NCBI GenBank assembly: GCA_041664265.1
Contig: JBAYLD010000004.1
Location: forward strand, 33,470-97,469
Reading direction: 5' to 3'
DNA from: Minisyncoccota bacterium
GTDB lineage: Bacteria; Patescibacteriota; Minisyncoccia; Phycocordibacterales; Phycocordibacteraceae
DNA length: 64,000 nucleotides
A model generated the notes under the pieces. The model made no database searches, was not told the origin of the DNA, and saw nothing but the letters and a program-made list of their open reading frames with translations. The position numbers and the translations under genes were made by a program. Shown piece after piece: positions 52,233 through 62,041 of this stretch; position 1 is the stretch's first letter; each line of letters opens with the position of its first letter.

Positions 52233-53352
52233 CCGGCGTATATATCTCGATGTGGCGGCTGGCATGAACGGGCCTTCGCCTCGCCGAAGCTGGCTCCGGC
52301 CACGCGAAGGCGGGAATCCCTCATCGCCACACACCGAAGGCCGCCGGGCGCGGCACCTGCTCGAAGATGCGCGTACGGCTATCGCGCGGCTTGTCGAGGT
52401 GCAGCCAGACGATGTTATCTTCACCAGTGGCGCGACGGAGGCGAATGCACTCGCTATTCTCGGCAGCGCTACGGCGGGAAGTCATGTCTTGTATTTGCCG
52501 AGCGCGCACTCCTCGATCGTTGAGAATATTAAACTGCTCGCGCAGAGGGGCGTGAAGGTGGAAGCGTTGCCCATTCAAAACGGGCGTGTCGACTGCGTGA
52601 AGTTGAAGAAGCTTTTGCGGCCAGAGACAAAATTGGTAAGTGTCGAAGCTGTCTGCGGAGAAACAGGGGTAGTCTGGAATATCAGAGGAATACGAGAAGC
52701 GATTGGCTTAAAAATTTTATTGCATGTGGATGCGAGCCAGGCGCCGCTGACAGAAAAGTTAACGCGCGCGCATTTTAGCGCCGACCTGCTCACCCTTGAT
52801 GGGTCGAAGGTCGGCGTACGCGGCATCGGCGCCTTGATCGCGCATCGCACGATTCCCTTGGTTCCTTTGTACGCTGGGGGCGGCCAGGAGCGCGGACTCC
52901 GCCCGGGGACCGAGGTGCCCGAGCTCGCAGAGAAGTTCGCGGCCGCGCTCCGCGCCGCCGCGCGCGGCCGCGACGCATTTCGCGCTTCTGCAACGCGAGA
53001 ACGAGAGCGGCTCGTCTCGTTCATCAAAAACACACTTCCCGACGTATATGTTACTGAGGGTTCGCCAGCCGGCGGACAGGCCCCAAACATCCTCAACCTC
53101 TCATTCCCCGGCCGAGACACCGATTACCTCGTTGCGCTCTTAGACGAGGCAGGGTTTGCGGTCTCGACCCGAAGCGCCTGCGAGTCAGACTCGCAAGAAG
53201 GATCGCGGGCCGTTTTTGTCCTCACGGGGGACCATGCGCGGGCGCTCTCGACGTTGCGTATCTCTTGGGGACCAGGTACCCGATCGCGCGCATTGGCCCG
53301 ATTCGCAAAGGCGCTTGCGCGGGCTATCACCTTTATTGACACCAAGAGCTAG
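52225..53352 (+). CDS. Cysteine desulfurase (class V aminotransferase, NifS/IscS-like)
   Basis: IYLDVAAG at the N-terminus and the PLP-Lys context TLDGSKVGVRGIGALI. There is an 8-nt overlap with the upstream gene. Confidence 0.8.
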   Translation: MFNRRIYLDVAAGMNGPSPRRSWLRPREGGNPSSPHTEGRRARHLLEDARTAIARLVEVQPDDVIFTSGATEANALAILGSATAGSHVLYLPSAHSSIVENIKLLAQRGVKVEALPIQNGRVDCVKLKKLLRPETKLVSVEAVCGETGVVWNIRGIREAIGLKILLHVDASQAPLTEKLTRAHFSADLLTLDGSKVGVRGIGALIAHRTIPLVPLYAGGGQERGLRPGTEVPELAEKFAAALRAAARGRDAFRASATRERERLVSFIKNTLPDVYVTEGSPAGGQAPNILNLSFPGRDTDYLVALLDEAGFAVSTRSACESDSQEGSRAVFVLTGDHARALSTLRISWGPGTRSRALARFAKALARAITFIDTKS

Positions 53353-53370
53353 CGGTAGCATTATAGTCAT

Positions 53371-54141
53371 ATGGATATCGAAGAACTCTCTAAATCCCAG
53401 CTCATATTGCTCACGATTTTAGTGAACTTCGTCACGTCAGTCGCGACGGGCATCTTGACGGTCTCCCTACTCGACGAAGCTCCGCCCTTCGTTACTCAGA
53501 CAGTGAATCGTGTGGTCGAACGCACTATTGAAACGGTCGCGGCCGCCGCGCCGGCCGCGATCATCGCCGCGCCGGCGCCATCAAATCAAGATCTGGTGAC
53601 GGCGGCTATCGGCGCGGACGCGGCACGCACCGTTGCTATCTATGCCGCAAAAACCGGCACCTCAACACCGGCGATAGCGATTGGCACGTATATCCCGAAG
53701 GCGCGCATTATCGCGACTGCAGCGCAGGATGCACTCCCAAAGGAGGCCCTGATCGAATTCACAAACGGCTCTTTCATCCCCGCATCGCGCGCGCGGGAGG
53801 GGAGCGGCATCGCGATCTATGGCTTCGCGGACGACGCAGTTTTACCCAAGATGACTTCGCCGGTCCTTGTCACCGAAGGGGATTTGAAGCTCGGCGAGAC
53901 CGTACTCGCTCTCTCTGCCGACGGTTTTGCCGCCACTGGCATCGTCGCGCGCGTGAGCGCGAAGGGTATCCACACCACCTTGCCTGACATAGGCACCGGC
54001 AGCGCCGTGGTCAATTTGTCGGGCAATCTCGTCGGCATTGATGCCGGTTCGGCACCCGGATTGCTTATCAGTGCGCACATCATAACCGAGCTTCTCACCG
54101 CGACCTCGACGACAGCCACGACAACTCCCAAGAAACCATAG
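53371..54141 (+). CDS. Hypothetical membrane-anchored protein
   Basis: N-terminal TM helix and an Ala-rich extracytoplasmic region. Confidence 0.35.
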   Translation: MDIEELSKSQLILLTILVNFVTSVATGILTVSLLDEAPPFVTQTVNRVVERTIETVAAAAPAAIIAAPAPSNQDLVTAAIGADAARTVAIYAAKTGTSTPAIAIGTYIPKARIIATAAQDALPKEALIEFTNGSFIPASRAREGSGIAIYGFADDAVLPKMTSPVLVTEGDLKLGETVLALSADGFAATGIVARVSAKGIHTTLPDIGTGSAVVNLSGNLVGIDAGSAPGLLISAHIITELLTATSTTATTTPKKP

Positions 54142-54195
54142 CAATCATGACGTAGTTTCTACTCCCTATACCCTACCAACTACAACCTATTTTAT

Positions 54196-56883
54196 ATGCC
54201 TCCCTTTAACAATTTCACCACCAAAGCAAAAGAAGCCGTACGCCGAGCGCACGAGCTCGCGATCGAACGCGGCCAGAACCACGTCTCACCACTCCATTTG
54301 CTCGCCGCGCTTGTGCTCCAAGAGGAGTCCCTCGTCTTCTCGATGCTTGATCGGATGGAAGTCGATACCGTCATGCTCGCGGATGCCGTGCTTGAGCATC
54401 TTGAGGCGCCCGAGAGCGCATCGGTGCTCTCGCCCTCGTACCAGATTTATCTCACGCCCGATCTCGCTCAAGCGCTTGAAGCATCGGGGAAGATTGCGGC
54501 GCGCATGAATGATGCATTTGTAGGCACCGAACATCTCTTCCTCTCGGTTATCGAACATCCGGGCGGAGCCGCAGACATACTCGCGCGCTTCTCGATAAGC
54601 CAGCAGGCGGCGCTCGCTGTCCTCAAAGAATTGAAGAATTCGAAGGAGGGTCAGATTGCAGAACCGAAGCAGTTCCGCGCGCTCTCCAAATATGCGCGCA
54701 ACCTCACCAAGCTCGCCGCCGAGAACAAGCTTGATCCGGTCATTGGACGCGACAGCGAGATCAACCGCGTCATCCAGATCCTCGCGCGCCGTACCAAGAA
54801 TAACCCGGTGCTTATCGGCGAAGCGGGCGTCGGGAAGACGGCCATCGCTGAAGGGCTCGCGGCGCGTATGGCGACCAACGATGTCCCCGAATCGCTTCGC
54901 GGCAAAGAGCTCCTCTCGCTCGATCTCGGGCTCATGATCGCCGGCACCAAATATCGCGGCGAGTTCGAAGAGCGTATGAAAAATGTTATGAAGGAGGTCG
55001 AACGTGCAGAAGGGAAGGTGATCCTCTTCGTCGACGAGCTCCACACGCTCGTAGGCGCCGGCGGCGCCGAGGGCTCGCTTGACGCATCGAACATGTTGAA
55101 GCCCGCCCTCTCGCGCGGCGAGATCCGTGTCATCGGCGCGACGACACTGAAGGAGTATCAGAAGTATATCGAGAAAGATGCCGCGCTCACGCGCCGCTTC
55201 CAATCGGTTTTTGTGCAAGAACCATCCGTCGAAGACGGCATCGCGATCTTGCGCGGGCTGCGCGATAAATATGAGCTCTTCCACGGGGTGCGCATCACCG
55301 ACGGCGCTATCGTCGCCGCGGTCGAGCTCTCCTCGCGCTACATCTCTGATCGCTTCTTGCCGGACAAGGCGATCGATCTTATCGACGAAGCGGCATCAGG
55401 TCTGCGTATCGCGCTTGAGAACAAGCCGCCCTTGCTGGAGGAGACCGACCGCAAGATCCGCCGCCTCGAGATCGAGCGCCAAGCGCTCCAAAAAGACTTA
55501 GAGGGAGAACACAGCAAAGAGATCAAGGAGCGCATCAAGGATATCGATGCCGAGGTTGCCGATTTGAAGGAGAAGACAAGCGAGCTCGAGCTCAAGTGGA
55601 AGAACGAGAAGGATATATTGACCGGCATCCGCGCCCACAAGACCGAGCTCGAGGCGCTCAAGATCCAGGCGGACAATGCCGAAGCCGCCGCTGATCTCGG
55701 CACCGTCGCCGAGATCCGGTATGGCAAGATCCCGCATATCCAAAAAGATCTAGAAGCGAAGCTGAAGCGCCTGAAGATGCTCCAGAAGTCGCGCCGCGTT
55801 TTGAATGAAGAAGTAACCGAGCAGGATATCGCCGCGGTCGTCAGCCGCTGGACGGGCATCCCAGTGGTGCGCATGCTCGAAGAAGAAGCCACGAAGCTCT
55901 CGCGCATGGAGGAGTCGCTGAAGAGTAGTATTATCGGTCAGGATACTGCGGTCAAGAAGGTGACGGACGCGGTCAAGCGCTCGCGCGTGGGCATCAGCGA
56001 CCCGAATCGCCCGATCGGCTCATTCCTCTTCTTGGGGCCCACCGGCGTGGGCAAGACCGAGCTCTCGAAGAAGCTCGCGGAGTTTATGTTCAACGACACC
56101 GATGCCTTGGTGCGCATCGACATGAGCGAGTTCATGGAGAAGCACTCGGTCGCGAAGCTTATCGGCGCGCCGCCGGGCTATGTCGGCTATGAGGAATCGG
56201 GCACCCTGACTGAGCGCATCCGGCATCGCCCCTATGCGGTGGTGCTCTTCGACGAAATCGAGAAGGCGCATCCCGAGGTGTTTAATATCTTGCTTCAAGT
56301 GCTCGATTCGGGCCATCTTACTGACGGCAAGGGGCGCAAGGTTAATTTCAAGAACACCATCATCGTGCTCACCAGCAACATCGGTGGAGAGTTCATCGAC
56401 CGTCTCGCGCACATCGGCTTCGGCACCGCGGGCGCGACCGAGGCGTCGCAGTATGAAGAGACGAAAGTGCGCGTGATGGATGCGCTCAAAGAGCACTTCC
56501 GTCCGGAGTTCTTAAATCGTCTCGACGATATCATCATCTTCGACGTGCTCGCGAAGGAGGCGCTCGCGAAGATCGTCGATACGCAAGTCGAGGAGGTGAC
56601 GAAGCGCTTGGCTCAGAAGCGCATCGCGCTCGCGTTCGCTCCCGAGGTGCGCTCGTGGCTGGCCGAGAAGGGCTACAATCCACAATATGGCGCGCGCCCC
56701 TTGCGCCGCACGATCCAGGACAAGATCCTCACGCCGCTCGCTTCGCTCATGGTTGACCAGGGGGTGACAGAGGGCGGAACAGTGACGGTCTCGATCAGGT
56801 CTGCCGAGCCGCATTTTGAGGTGAAGAAGAAGCAGGTGCGTGTCCGTCGAAGTCAGACATCGACAGCTGCTGTGGATGTCTGA
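54196..56883 (+). CDS. clpB: AAA+ chaperone ClpB
   Basis: Clp_N domain, two Walker A boxes (GEAGVGKT and GPTGVGKT) and a long coiled-coil M-domain. Confidence 0.9.
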   Translation: MPPFNNFTTKAKEAVRRAHELAIERGQNHVSPLHLLAALVLQEESLVFSMLDRMEVDTVMLADAVLEHLEAPESASVLSPSYQIYLTPDLAQALEASGKIAARMNDAFVGTEHLFLSVIEHPGGAADILARFSISQQAALAVLKELKNSKEGQIAEPKQFRALSKYARNLTKLAAENKLDPVIGRDSEINRVIQILARRTKNNPVLIGEAGVGKTAIAEGLAARMATNDVPESLRGKELLSLDLGLMIAGTKYRGEFEERMKNVMKEVERAEGKVILFVDELHTLVGAGGAEGSLDASNMLKPALSRGEIRVIGATTLKEYQKYIEKDAALTRRFQSVFVQEPSVEDGIAILRGLRDKYELFHGVRITDGAIVAAVELSSRYISDRFLPDKAIDLIDEAASGLRIALENKPPLLEETDRKIRRLEIERQALQKDLEGEHSKEIKERIKDIDAEVADLKEKTSELELKWKNEKDILTGIRAHKTELEALKIQADNAEAAADLGTVAEIRYGKIPHIQKDLEAKLKRLKMLQKSRRVLNEEVTEQDIAAVVSRWTGIPVVRMLEEEATKLSRMEESLKSSIIGQDTAVKKVTDAVKRSRVGISDPNRPIGSFLFLGPTGVGKTELSKKLAEFMFNDTDALVRIDMSEFMEKHSVAKLIGAPPGYVGYEESGTLTERIRHRPYAVVLFDEIEKAHPEVFNILLQVLDSGHLTDGKGRKVNFKNTIIVLTSNIGGEFIDRLAHIGFGTAGATEASQYEETKVRVMDALKEHFRPEFLNRLDDIIIFDVLAKEALAKIVDTQVEEVTKRLAQKRIALAFAPEVRSWLAEKGYNPQYGARPLRRTIQDKILTPLASLMVDQGVTEGGTVTVSIRSAEPHFEVKKKQVRVRRSQTSTAAVDV

Positions 56884-56931
56884 CTTCCACGAGTCGTTGC
56901 TTAAATCGGGTGTTTCTGCTAAATTAGCGTT

Positions 56932-57087
56932 ATGTCACAAGATCGCCTGTTGAAGCTCAAGTCCACGAAGTCCAAGCACGTTATGTGGACGAGGAAGAAT
57001 AAAAAGAAGGTCGAGCGCAAGATAGAGCTCACCAAGTTCGACCCCACGCTTAGGAAGCGCGTCCTCTACAAAGAGACGAAGAAATAA
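56932..57087 (+). CDS. rpmG: 50S ribosomal protein L33
   Basis: A 51-aa basic protein (KLKSTKSKHVMWTRKNKKK...KFDPTLRKRVLYKETKK) that matches L33. Confidence 0.75.
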   Translation: MSQDRLLKLKSTKSKHVMWTRKNKKKVERKIELTKFDPTLRKRVLYKETKK

Positions 57088-57133
57088 CCCGCCAAAAACA
57101 AAACCGCCTTCGGGCGGTTTTGTTTTTGGCGGG
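57088..57133. terminator. Long perfect hairpin cccgccaaaaacaaaaccgcc-ttcg-ggcggttttgtttttggcggg
   Basis: A 21-bp stem between rpmG and the convergent tRNA. Confidence 0.7.
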
Positions 57134-57200
57134 CCCACCAGGAATCGGACCTGGACTGTCGCTTTTGGAGAGCGATGTACTACCACTATACGATGGACCC
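57127..57200 (-). tRNA. tRNA-Trp (anticodon CCA)
   Basis: Cloverleaf with acceptor GGGTCCA/TGGGCCC, anticodon stem TCGCT/AGCGA, loop CUCCAAA, T-stem CCAGG/CCTGG and an encoded 3' CCA. Confidence 0.75.
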
Positions 57201-57276
57201 TTGCGGTAACGATACCAGATGCAGGGCGGTGGGGAAAGCGGCATAGAGGGAGCCGAGGGAGAGGTATGATGGGGGT

Positions 57277-58329
57277 ATGCGTTCACGCGTTCTTTTATTT
57301 ACACTCCTACTCACGGTCGTCTTGTTCGCGTTGCCGCACGCTGTGTTTGCAAAGATACCGTTCTTTGGGCCGATCATCCCCGAGGCGCAGAGCGTTTGCC
57401 CTGCGAGCTGGGGTTTGGTTATCACAGTCATCAACAATCTCATTGAGTTTCTTATCACGATCGCGATCGTGTTCGTCGCGCCAGTCATGATCGCCTATGC
57501 CGGATTCCTGTACGTCGTGAATCCGATGAACCCGAGCGGTATGAGCAATGCGAGAAGTATCTTGAAGAATACTGTCATCGGCATCGTCGTCGCGCTCTCG
57601 GCTTGGCTCATTGTGGCCGCGGTTATGGCGGTGTTCTATAATCCGAAGGCAGTTGGGAAAACATGGTCAGAGCTCATCACTTCAGGGGGCATTGATCCCT
57701 GCCTCAAACAAGCAGGATCGATCACGGAGCTCAGGCAAGTAAGCGTTCCGGGTGTTGCCGGCATCACTGTGACCACTCCGGGTACGACTTCTTTGACACC
57801 GGCGCAGATCCGAGCAAAAGCGAGTGCCGCCAAAGCGTTTAAGACTCAAGTGTGCGCTGCAGCCTCAACGCAGGGTATCCCTACCCAATGCAGCCAACTT
57901 CTCGGTATTCTTGGTGTAGAATCAGGAGGGATCCCGACATCGGTAAGCCCCGAAGGAGCTATCGGACTTATGCAACTCATTCCGACCACGGCGGCAAGCA
58001 ACGGTGTGTCCGCTTGTGTCGGGTCTTCAGATATAAGCCCCTCGGCTGCCTGTATCGCCGCACTGAAGAATTCAGATACGAATATCAAAGCTGGTGTGAC
58101 AAACTACGCGAAACTTTTTAAGAAGTTTAGTGGGAACCAGACATACGCGACGGCCGCGTACAATGCCGGTGATGGGACAGGATTAAAACCCGATGGTAAA
58201 AAACAAGCTTTTGCAAAAAGCAGTGATTGTCCTGGCATGTTCGCTTGGGAATGCCCTATTAACCCTGGTGGATTCGTTGAAACGCAAAAATACGTTCTGG
58301 ATGTGGCCGCCGTGGCGCAACAACTCTGA
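57277..58329 (+). CDS. Lytic transglycosylase (SLT domain) fused to an N-terminal VirB2/TrbC-pilin-like double-TM region
   Basis: Signal peptide, two long hydrophobic helices, and an SLT core (GVESGG...GLMQL...AAYNAG). Confidence 0.65.
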   Translation: MRSRVLLFTLLLTVVLFALPHAVFAKIPFFGPIIPEAQSVCPASWGLVITVINNLIEFLITIAIVFVAPVMIAYAGFLYVVNPMNPSGMSNARSILKNTVIGIVVALSAWLIVAAVMAVFYNPKAVGKTWSELITSGGIDPCLKQAGSITELRQVSVPGVAGITVTTPGTTSLTPAQIRAKASAAKAFKTQVCAAASTQGIPTQCSQLLGILGVESGGIPTSVSPEGAIGLMQLIPTTAASNGVSACVGSSDISPSAACIAALKNSDTNIKAGVTNYAKLFKKFSGNQTYATAAYNAGDGTGLKPDGKKQAFAKSSDCPGMFAWECPINPGGFVETQKYVLDVAAVAQQL

Positions 58330-58341
58330 AGATAATCAGTT

Positions 58342-59184
58342 TTATTCTTGGTCGAGGACTTTAAGTTTGCGCAGCCACGCCTTTTGGCGGCGGGCATACT
58401 GCCAGAGCTTAGCGGAGAGGATAGGGAGAAGAGCTTCTTCAATTTGGCCAACACCTGGTGTTGGCCATTTTTGCAAATATTCGCCGATGATGCGATATTC
58501 GAGCCCGAGCTCGTTCAGGCGCGCGTCGCCTACTTGATTGCGCACTCGACGCACTTCGTCAACCAATCCCCGCCCTAATGCTTGCTTTAGGCGGGCATCG
58601 ATTCTTGTGCGCAATTCTTCTTTTGGCGGGTCAATCACAATCCATTGCACAATATAGGGACTTACGATGTCCCTAGATGGGACAGAGCCAAGGGAGGAGA
58701 TGATCTCGAGCGCGCGGATGAGGCGGCGGCGGTTCTTGGGGTCGAGCTCGACGGCACGACGGGGGTCCGCGGAGCGGACGCGCACATGAAGCTCTTCATT
58801 TGAGAGCCCTTCAATTTCGGCTCGGAATGTTTGATTCGCGGCAATTTCGGGAACGGGACGGAGCAACGCGTCAAAATAGAAGTGCGTGCCGCCCACAAGG
58901 ATCGGCAACTTCCCTCGAGCAGAAATATCTTTGATCAATCGTGTTGCATCAGCGACAAAGTCGCCAGCAGAATATGTTTCGTGCGGGTCACGAATATCGA
59001 TAAGGTGATGCAGCACGCCGCGCATCTCTTCTTTCGTGATCTTTTCTGTGCCGATATCTAGGCCGCGATACACCTGCCGCGAATCAACCGAGATCACTTC
59101 ACCGTTTCGCGCAAGCGCTTCTTCAACCGCTCGCGCAGACTTGCCCGAGGCAGTCGGCCCCGCGATGCATAAAATTTTAGTCAT
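58342..59184 (-). CDS. miaA: tRNA dimethylallyltransferase
   Basis: GPTASGKS P-loop and DSRQVYRGLDIGT. Confidence 0.85.
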   Translation of the reverse strand: MTKILCIAGPTASGKSARAVEEALARNGEVISVDSRQVYRGLDIGTEKITKEEMRGVLHHLIDIRDPHETYSAGDFVADATRLIKDISARGKLPILVGGTHFYFDALLRPVPEIAANQTFRAEIEGLSNEELHVRVRSADPRRAVELDPKNRRRLIRALEIISSLGSVPSRDIVSPYIVQWIVIDPPKEELRTRIDARLKQALGRGLVDEVRRVRNQVGDARLNELGLEYRIIGEYLQKWPTPGVGQIEEALLPILSAKLWQYARRQKAWLRKLKVLDQE

Positions 59185-59235
59185 CAAGGGCGATGGTAGC
59201 ATTTTTGAATCCATCGTGCCCCAGCACGAAAACGC

Positions 59236-59320
59236 TGGTGCTGGAGGTGGGAATCGAACCCACAACCCTTGCGGGACACGATTTTGAGTCGTGCGCGTAT
59301 ACCAGTTCCGCCACTCCAGC
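59236..59320 (-). tRNA. tRNA-Leu (anticodon CAA), type II
   Basis: 85 nt. Acceptor GCTGGAG/CTCCAGC, anticodon stem CACGA/TCGTG, loop CUCAAAA, a long variable arm and an encoded CCA. Confidence 0.75.
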
Positions 59321-59437
59321 GTTTCGTACGGGGTAAATCTACCAATTTTTACCCCTGCACCAATGTCCTCATTCGGTGCGGGGCCGCCATCTCGGCTGCC
59401 TGTGGATTGCAGGATACCATATGTTAAAATATTTTAC

Positions 59438-60430
59438 ATGCATGAAGAGGCAGGCTACGTCCCGACCAAGTACGATTCGGTTTTTTGGATTGACGTGGAG
59501 CGTATTGCGCCGAACCCCTATCAGCCGCGCCGGGAATTCAGCGAGGAGGGCTTGACGTCGCTCGCAGAGAGCATTCGCCAATACGGCGTCTTACAGCCCT
59601 TGGTCGTGAGCCGTGTTGATGTCGAGAAGCCGGAGGGCGGTCTCGAGAGCCACTATGAGCTCATCGCGGGCGAGCGGCGCCTGCGTGCCTCAAGGCTTGC
59701 CGGCCTCAAGCAAGTGCCGGTAGTGATCCGTCACGGCGATACCAATCTCACCAAGCTCGAACTCGCCATTATCGAGAATCTCCAGCGCGAAGACCTTAAC
59801 GCGATCGATCGCGCCAAGGCACTCAAGAAGCTCATCGAAGAATTCGGCATCTCGCATGCCGAGTGTGCGGCGAAGATCGGCAAGAGCCGCGAGTATGTCT
59901 CCAATTCGCTTCGCCTTCTTTCTCTGCCTGAGCACATGCAGAGCGCCATCGTTGGGAAGGAGATCAGCGAGGGTCATGCGCGCGCACTTCTCGGGCTCGC
60001 CAATCGCCCTGAAGAGCTCGAGACGACCTTTAAAGAAATACTATTAAAACGCTTGCCGGTCCGCGCGGTTGAACGCATCGTGCGCTCTATCGCACAAGAG
60101 CGCGTGCGCAAGTACCACCGCAAGACGCCCGAAATGATTGAGATTGAAAAGTCGCTTACCGAGACCTTGGGTACACGCGTCATCATCGAGACCAACAACG
60201 CCGAGGAGGGCGGTCGTCTGTTGATCGACTTCTTTTCGCCCGATGATCTCTCGGCTATTGTAGAATCGCTGGCGTTGCGTCCTGCCGAAGCCAAGCAGGC
60301 GAACGAGGGAGAAGGAGGCGATCTGACATCTGGCGAAGCAATCGTCGAACCGCCCGATCCGATCGCGCCTCCTGCGCCCGAAGAAGCTGATGATGACGGG
60401 CTGTATTCAGTGTCCGGCTTTACGGTGTAA
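59438..60430 (+). CDS. parB: ParB/Spo0J partition protein
   Basis: LIAGERRLRASRLAGL box and HTH. Confidence 0.85.
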   Translation: MHEEAGYVPTKYDSVFWIDVERIAPNPYQPRREFSEEGLTSLAESIRQYGVLQPLVVSRVDVEKPEGGLESHYELIAGERRLRASRLAGLKQVPVVIRHGDTNLTKLELAIIENLQREDLNAIDRAKALKKLIEEFGISHAECAAKIGKSREYVSNSLRLLSLPEHMQSAIVGKEISEGHARALLGLANRPEELETTFKEILLKRLPVRAVERIVRSIAQERVRKYHRKTPEMIEIEKSLTETLGTRVIIETNNAEEGGRLLIDFFSPDDLSAIVESLALRPAEAKQANEGEGGDLTSGEAIVEPPDPIAPPAPEEADDDGLYSVSGFTV

Positions 60431-62023
60431 CGGGATCTTCCTCTTTTTTCGCGATGGCTTAGCCGGTTCGGTCATGCCGAGCGCTGTGCGGATATGTCGG
60501 CGCGCGAGAGAGGTGCGGGCGATCTCGAGCCACTTTGACGAAGGATGAGCAGATTCGCGCCGCATTATTTCGACGACTTCTCCGTTGCCGAGCGCCGTAT
60601 CAAATGAGACGAGCTTCCCGTTGACCTTGGCGCCTTGGAGATGGTTCCCGAGGTCGCTGTGTATCGCGTAGGCGAAGTCGATAGGCGTTGACGCAACCGG
60701 GAGGTCTATAACATCGCCGCTCGGAGTAAAGACGAACACACGGTGCGAAAAGAAGTCTTCTTTGAGTCCCTCGACGAATTCTTCAGACTCTGCGACACCA
60801 GCGTGCGCCCCGGCAAGTTCGGCGAGCCACGGGGGAATCTTTCCGCCAGAAGGTGCGCTCCCGACGGGCATCTCTCCGCTTCTGTTTTTTGAAACCTTCA
60901 TGAGCGAGGGGATAAGCGAGCGAATCCAGGGGAAGGAGAGTGCCGAAAACCTGCTTTTCTGGACATTCTTATCAAGTTTCTGGATGCCTTTCCCCAACTG
61001 TTTGTACGACATGTGGGAGGCGATACCGAACTCCGCGCGCTGATGCATCTCTTCGGTGCGGATCTGGATCTCGACGATGCCCGCCCCCGGCGTCACGACG
61101 GTCGTATGGAGCGATTGATAGCCGTTAGGCTTCGGGAAGGCGATGTAGTCTTTAAACTCTCCCGGTAGAGGCTTGTAGAGCGCGTGGACGATCCCGAGCG
61201 TCGCGTAACAATCCTCGATTTTCGGCACGACGATGCGCAATGCCGCGATGTCGTGGACGAGGCTGATGTCATCATGCTTTCGCTTCAATTTTTCATTCAG
61301 GCTCCATAAACCTTTCATGCGGATGTCGGTCCGGAACTTCGTGAGGCCTTTTTTTGCCAGCTCTTTTTTGATTTCCTTCTGCACATTGGCGAGGCCGACT
61401 TCGGTCTCTTGTGTCTTCAATTTACGCACTTCGGCAGCATGCGCGGCAGCGTCAGGGTCTACATAAGGGAAGGCGAGATCCTCAAGGAGGCTCTTCATCT
61501 TACCCATCCCAAGGCGATCGGCAATCGGCGCATAGATCTCGAGCGTCTCAAGCGCGATGCGGCGGCGTTTGGGCTCCGGCACATATTCGAGCGTCTGCAT
61601 GTTGTGCTTGCGGTCGGCAAGCTTGACGATGAGTACGCGGATATCGCTCGCGGTCGCGACCAAGAGGCGGCGCAGCGACTCGGCATGACGCTCGGCACCG
61701 TGATATTTATGTTTGCCGAGCTTCGTAACGCCGTCGACGATGAAGGTAACTTCCTTGCCGAATTCTTTTTCAATTTCCTCACGCGAGATGCAGCCGTCCT
61801 CGACCGCATCGTGAAGCAGCCCGGCGGCAATCGTCGTCGCGTCCATCTCATATTCAGCGAGTATCTTCGCGGTTGCCGCGGGGTGGATAAAATAGGGTTC
61901 GCCCGAGTGGCGCAGGCGGCCTTCGTGCTCCCGCTTAGAAACTTCGTACGCCTTCTCGATAAGGGCGATGTCCTCCTTCGAGGGATTCGACATCTCGCCA
62001 ATAATCTCCTTGACGGTCGTCAT
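60407..62023 (-). CDS. RelA/SpoT-family (p)ppGpp synthetase/hydrolase, short form
   Basis: HD motif LLHDAVEDG and the RelA_SpoT nucleotidyltransferase region. Confidence 0.85.
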   Translation of the reverse strand: MTTVKEIIGEMSNPSKEDIALIEKAYEVSKREHEGRLRHSGEPYFIHPAATAKILAEYEMDATTIAAGLLHDAVEDGCISREEIEKEFGKEVTFIVDGVTKLGKHKYHGAERHAESLRRLLVATASDIRVLIVKLADRKHNMQTLEYVPEPKRRRIALETLEIYAPIADRLGMGKMKSLLEDLAFPYVDPDAAAHAAEVRKLKTQETEVGLANVQKEIKKELAKKGLTKFRTDIRMKGLWSLNEKLKRKHDDISLVHDIAALRIVVPKIEDCYATLGIVHALYKPLPGEFKDYIAFPKPNGYQSLHTTVVTPGAGIVEIQIRTEEMHQRAEFGIASHMSYKQLGKGIQKLDKNVQKSRFSALSFPWIRSLIPSLMKVSKNRSGEMPVGSAPSGGKIPPWLAELAGAHAGVAESEEFVEGLKEDFFSHRVFVFTPSGDVIDLPVASTPIDFAYAIHSDLGNHLQGAKVNGKLVSFDTALGNGEVVEIMRRESAHPSSKWLEIARTSLARRHIRTALGMTEPAKPSRKKRKIPLHRKAGH

Positions 62024-62041
62024 AGGTGATTACTATACACC

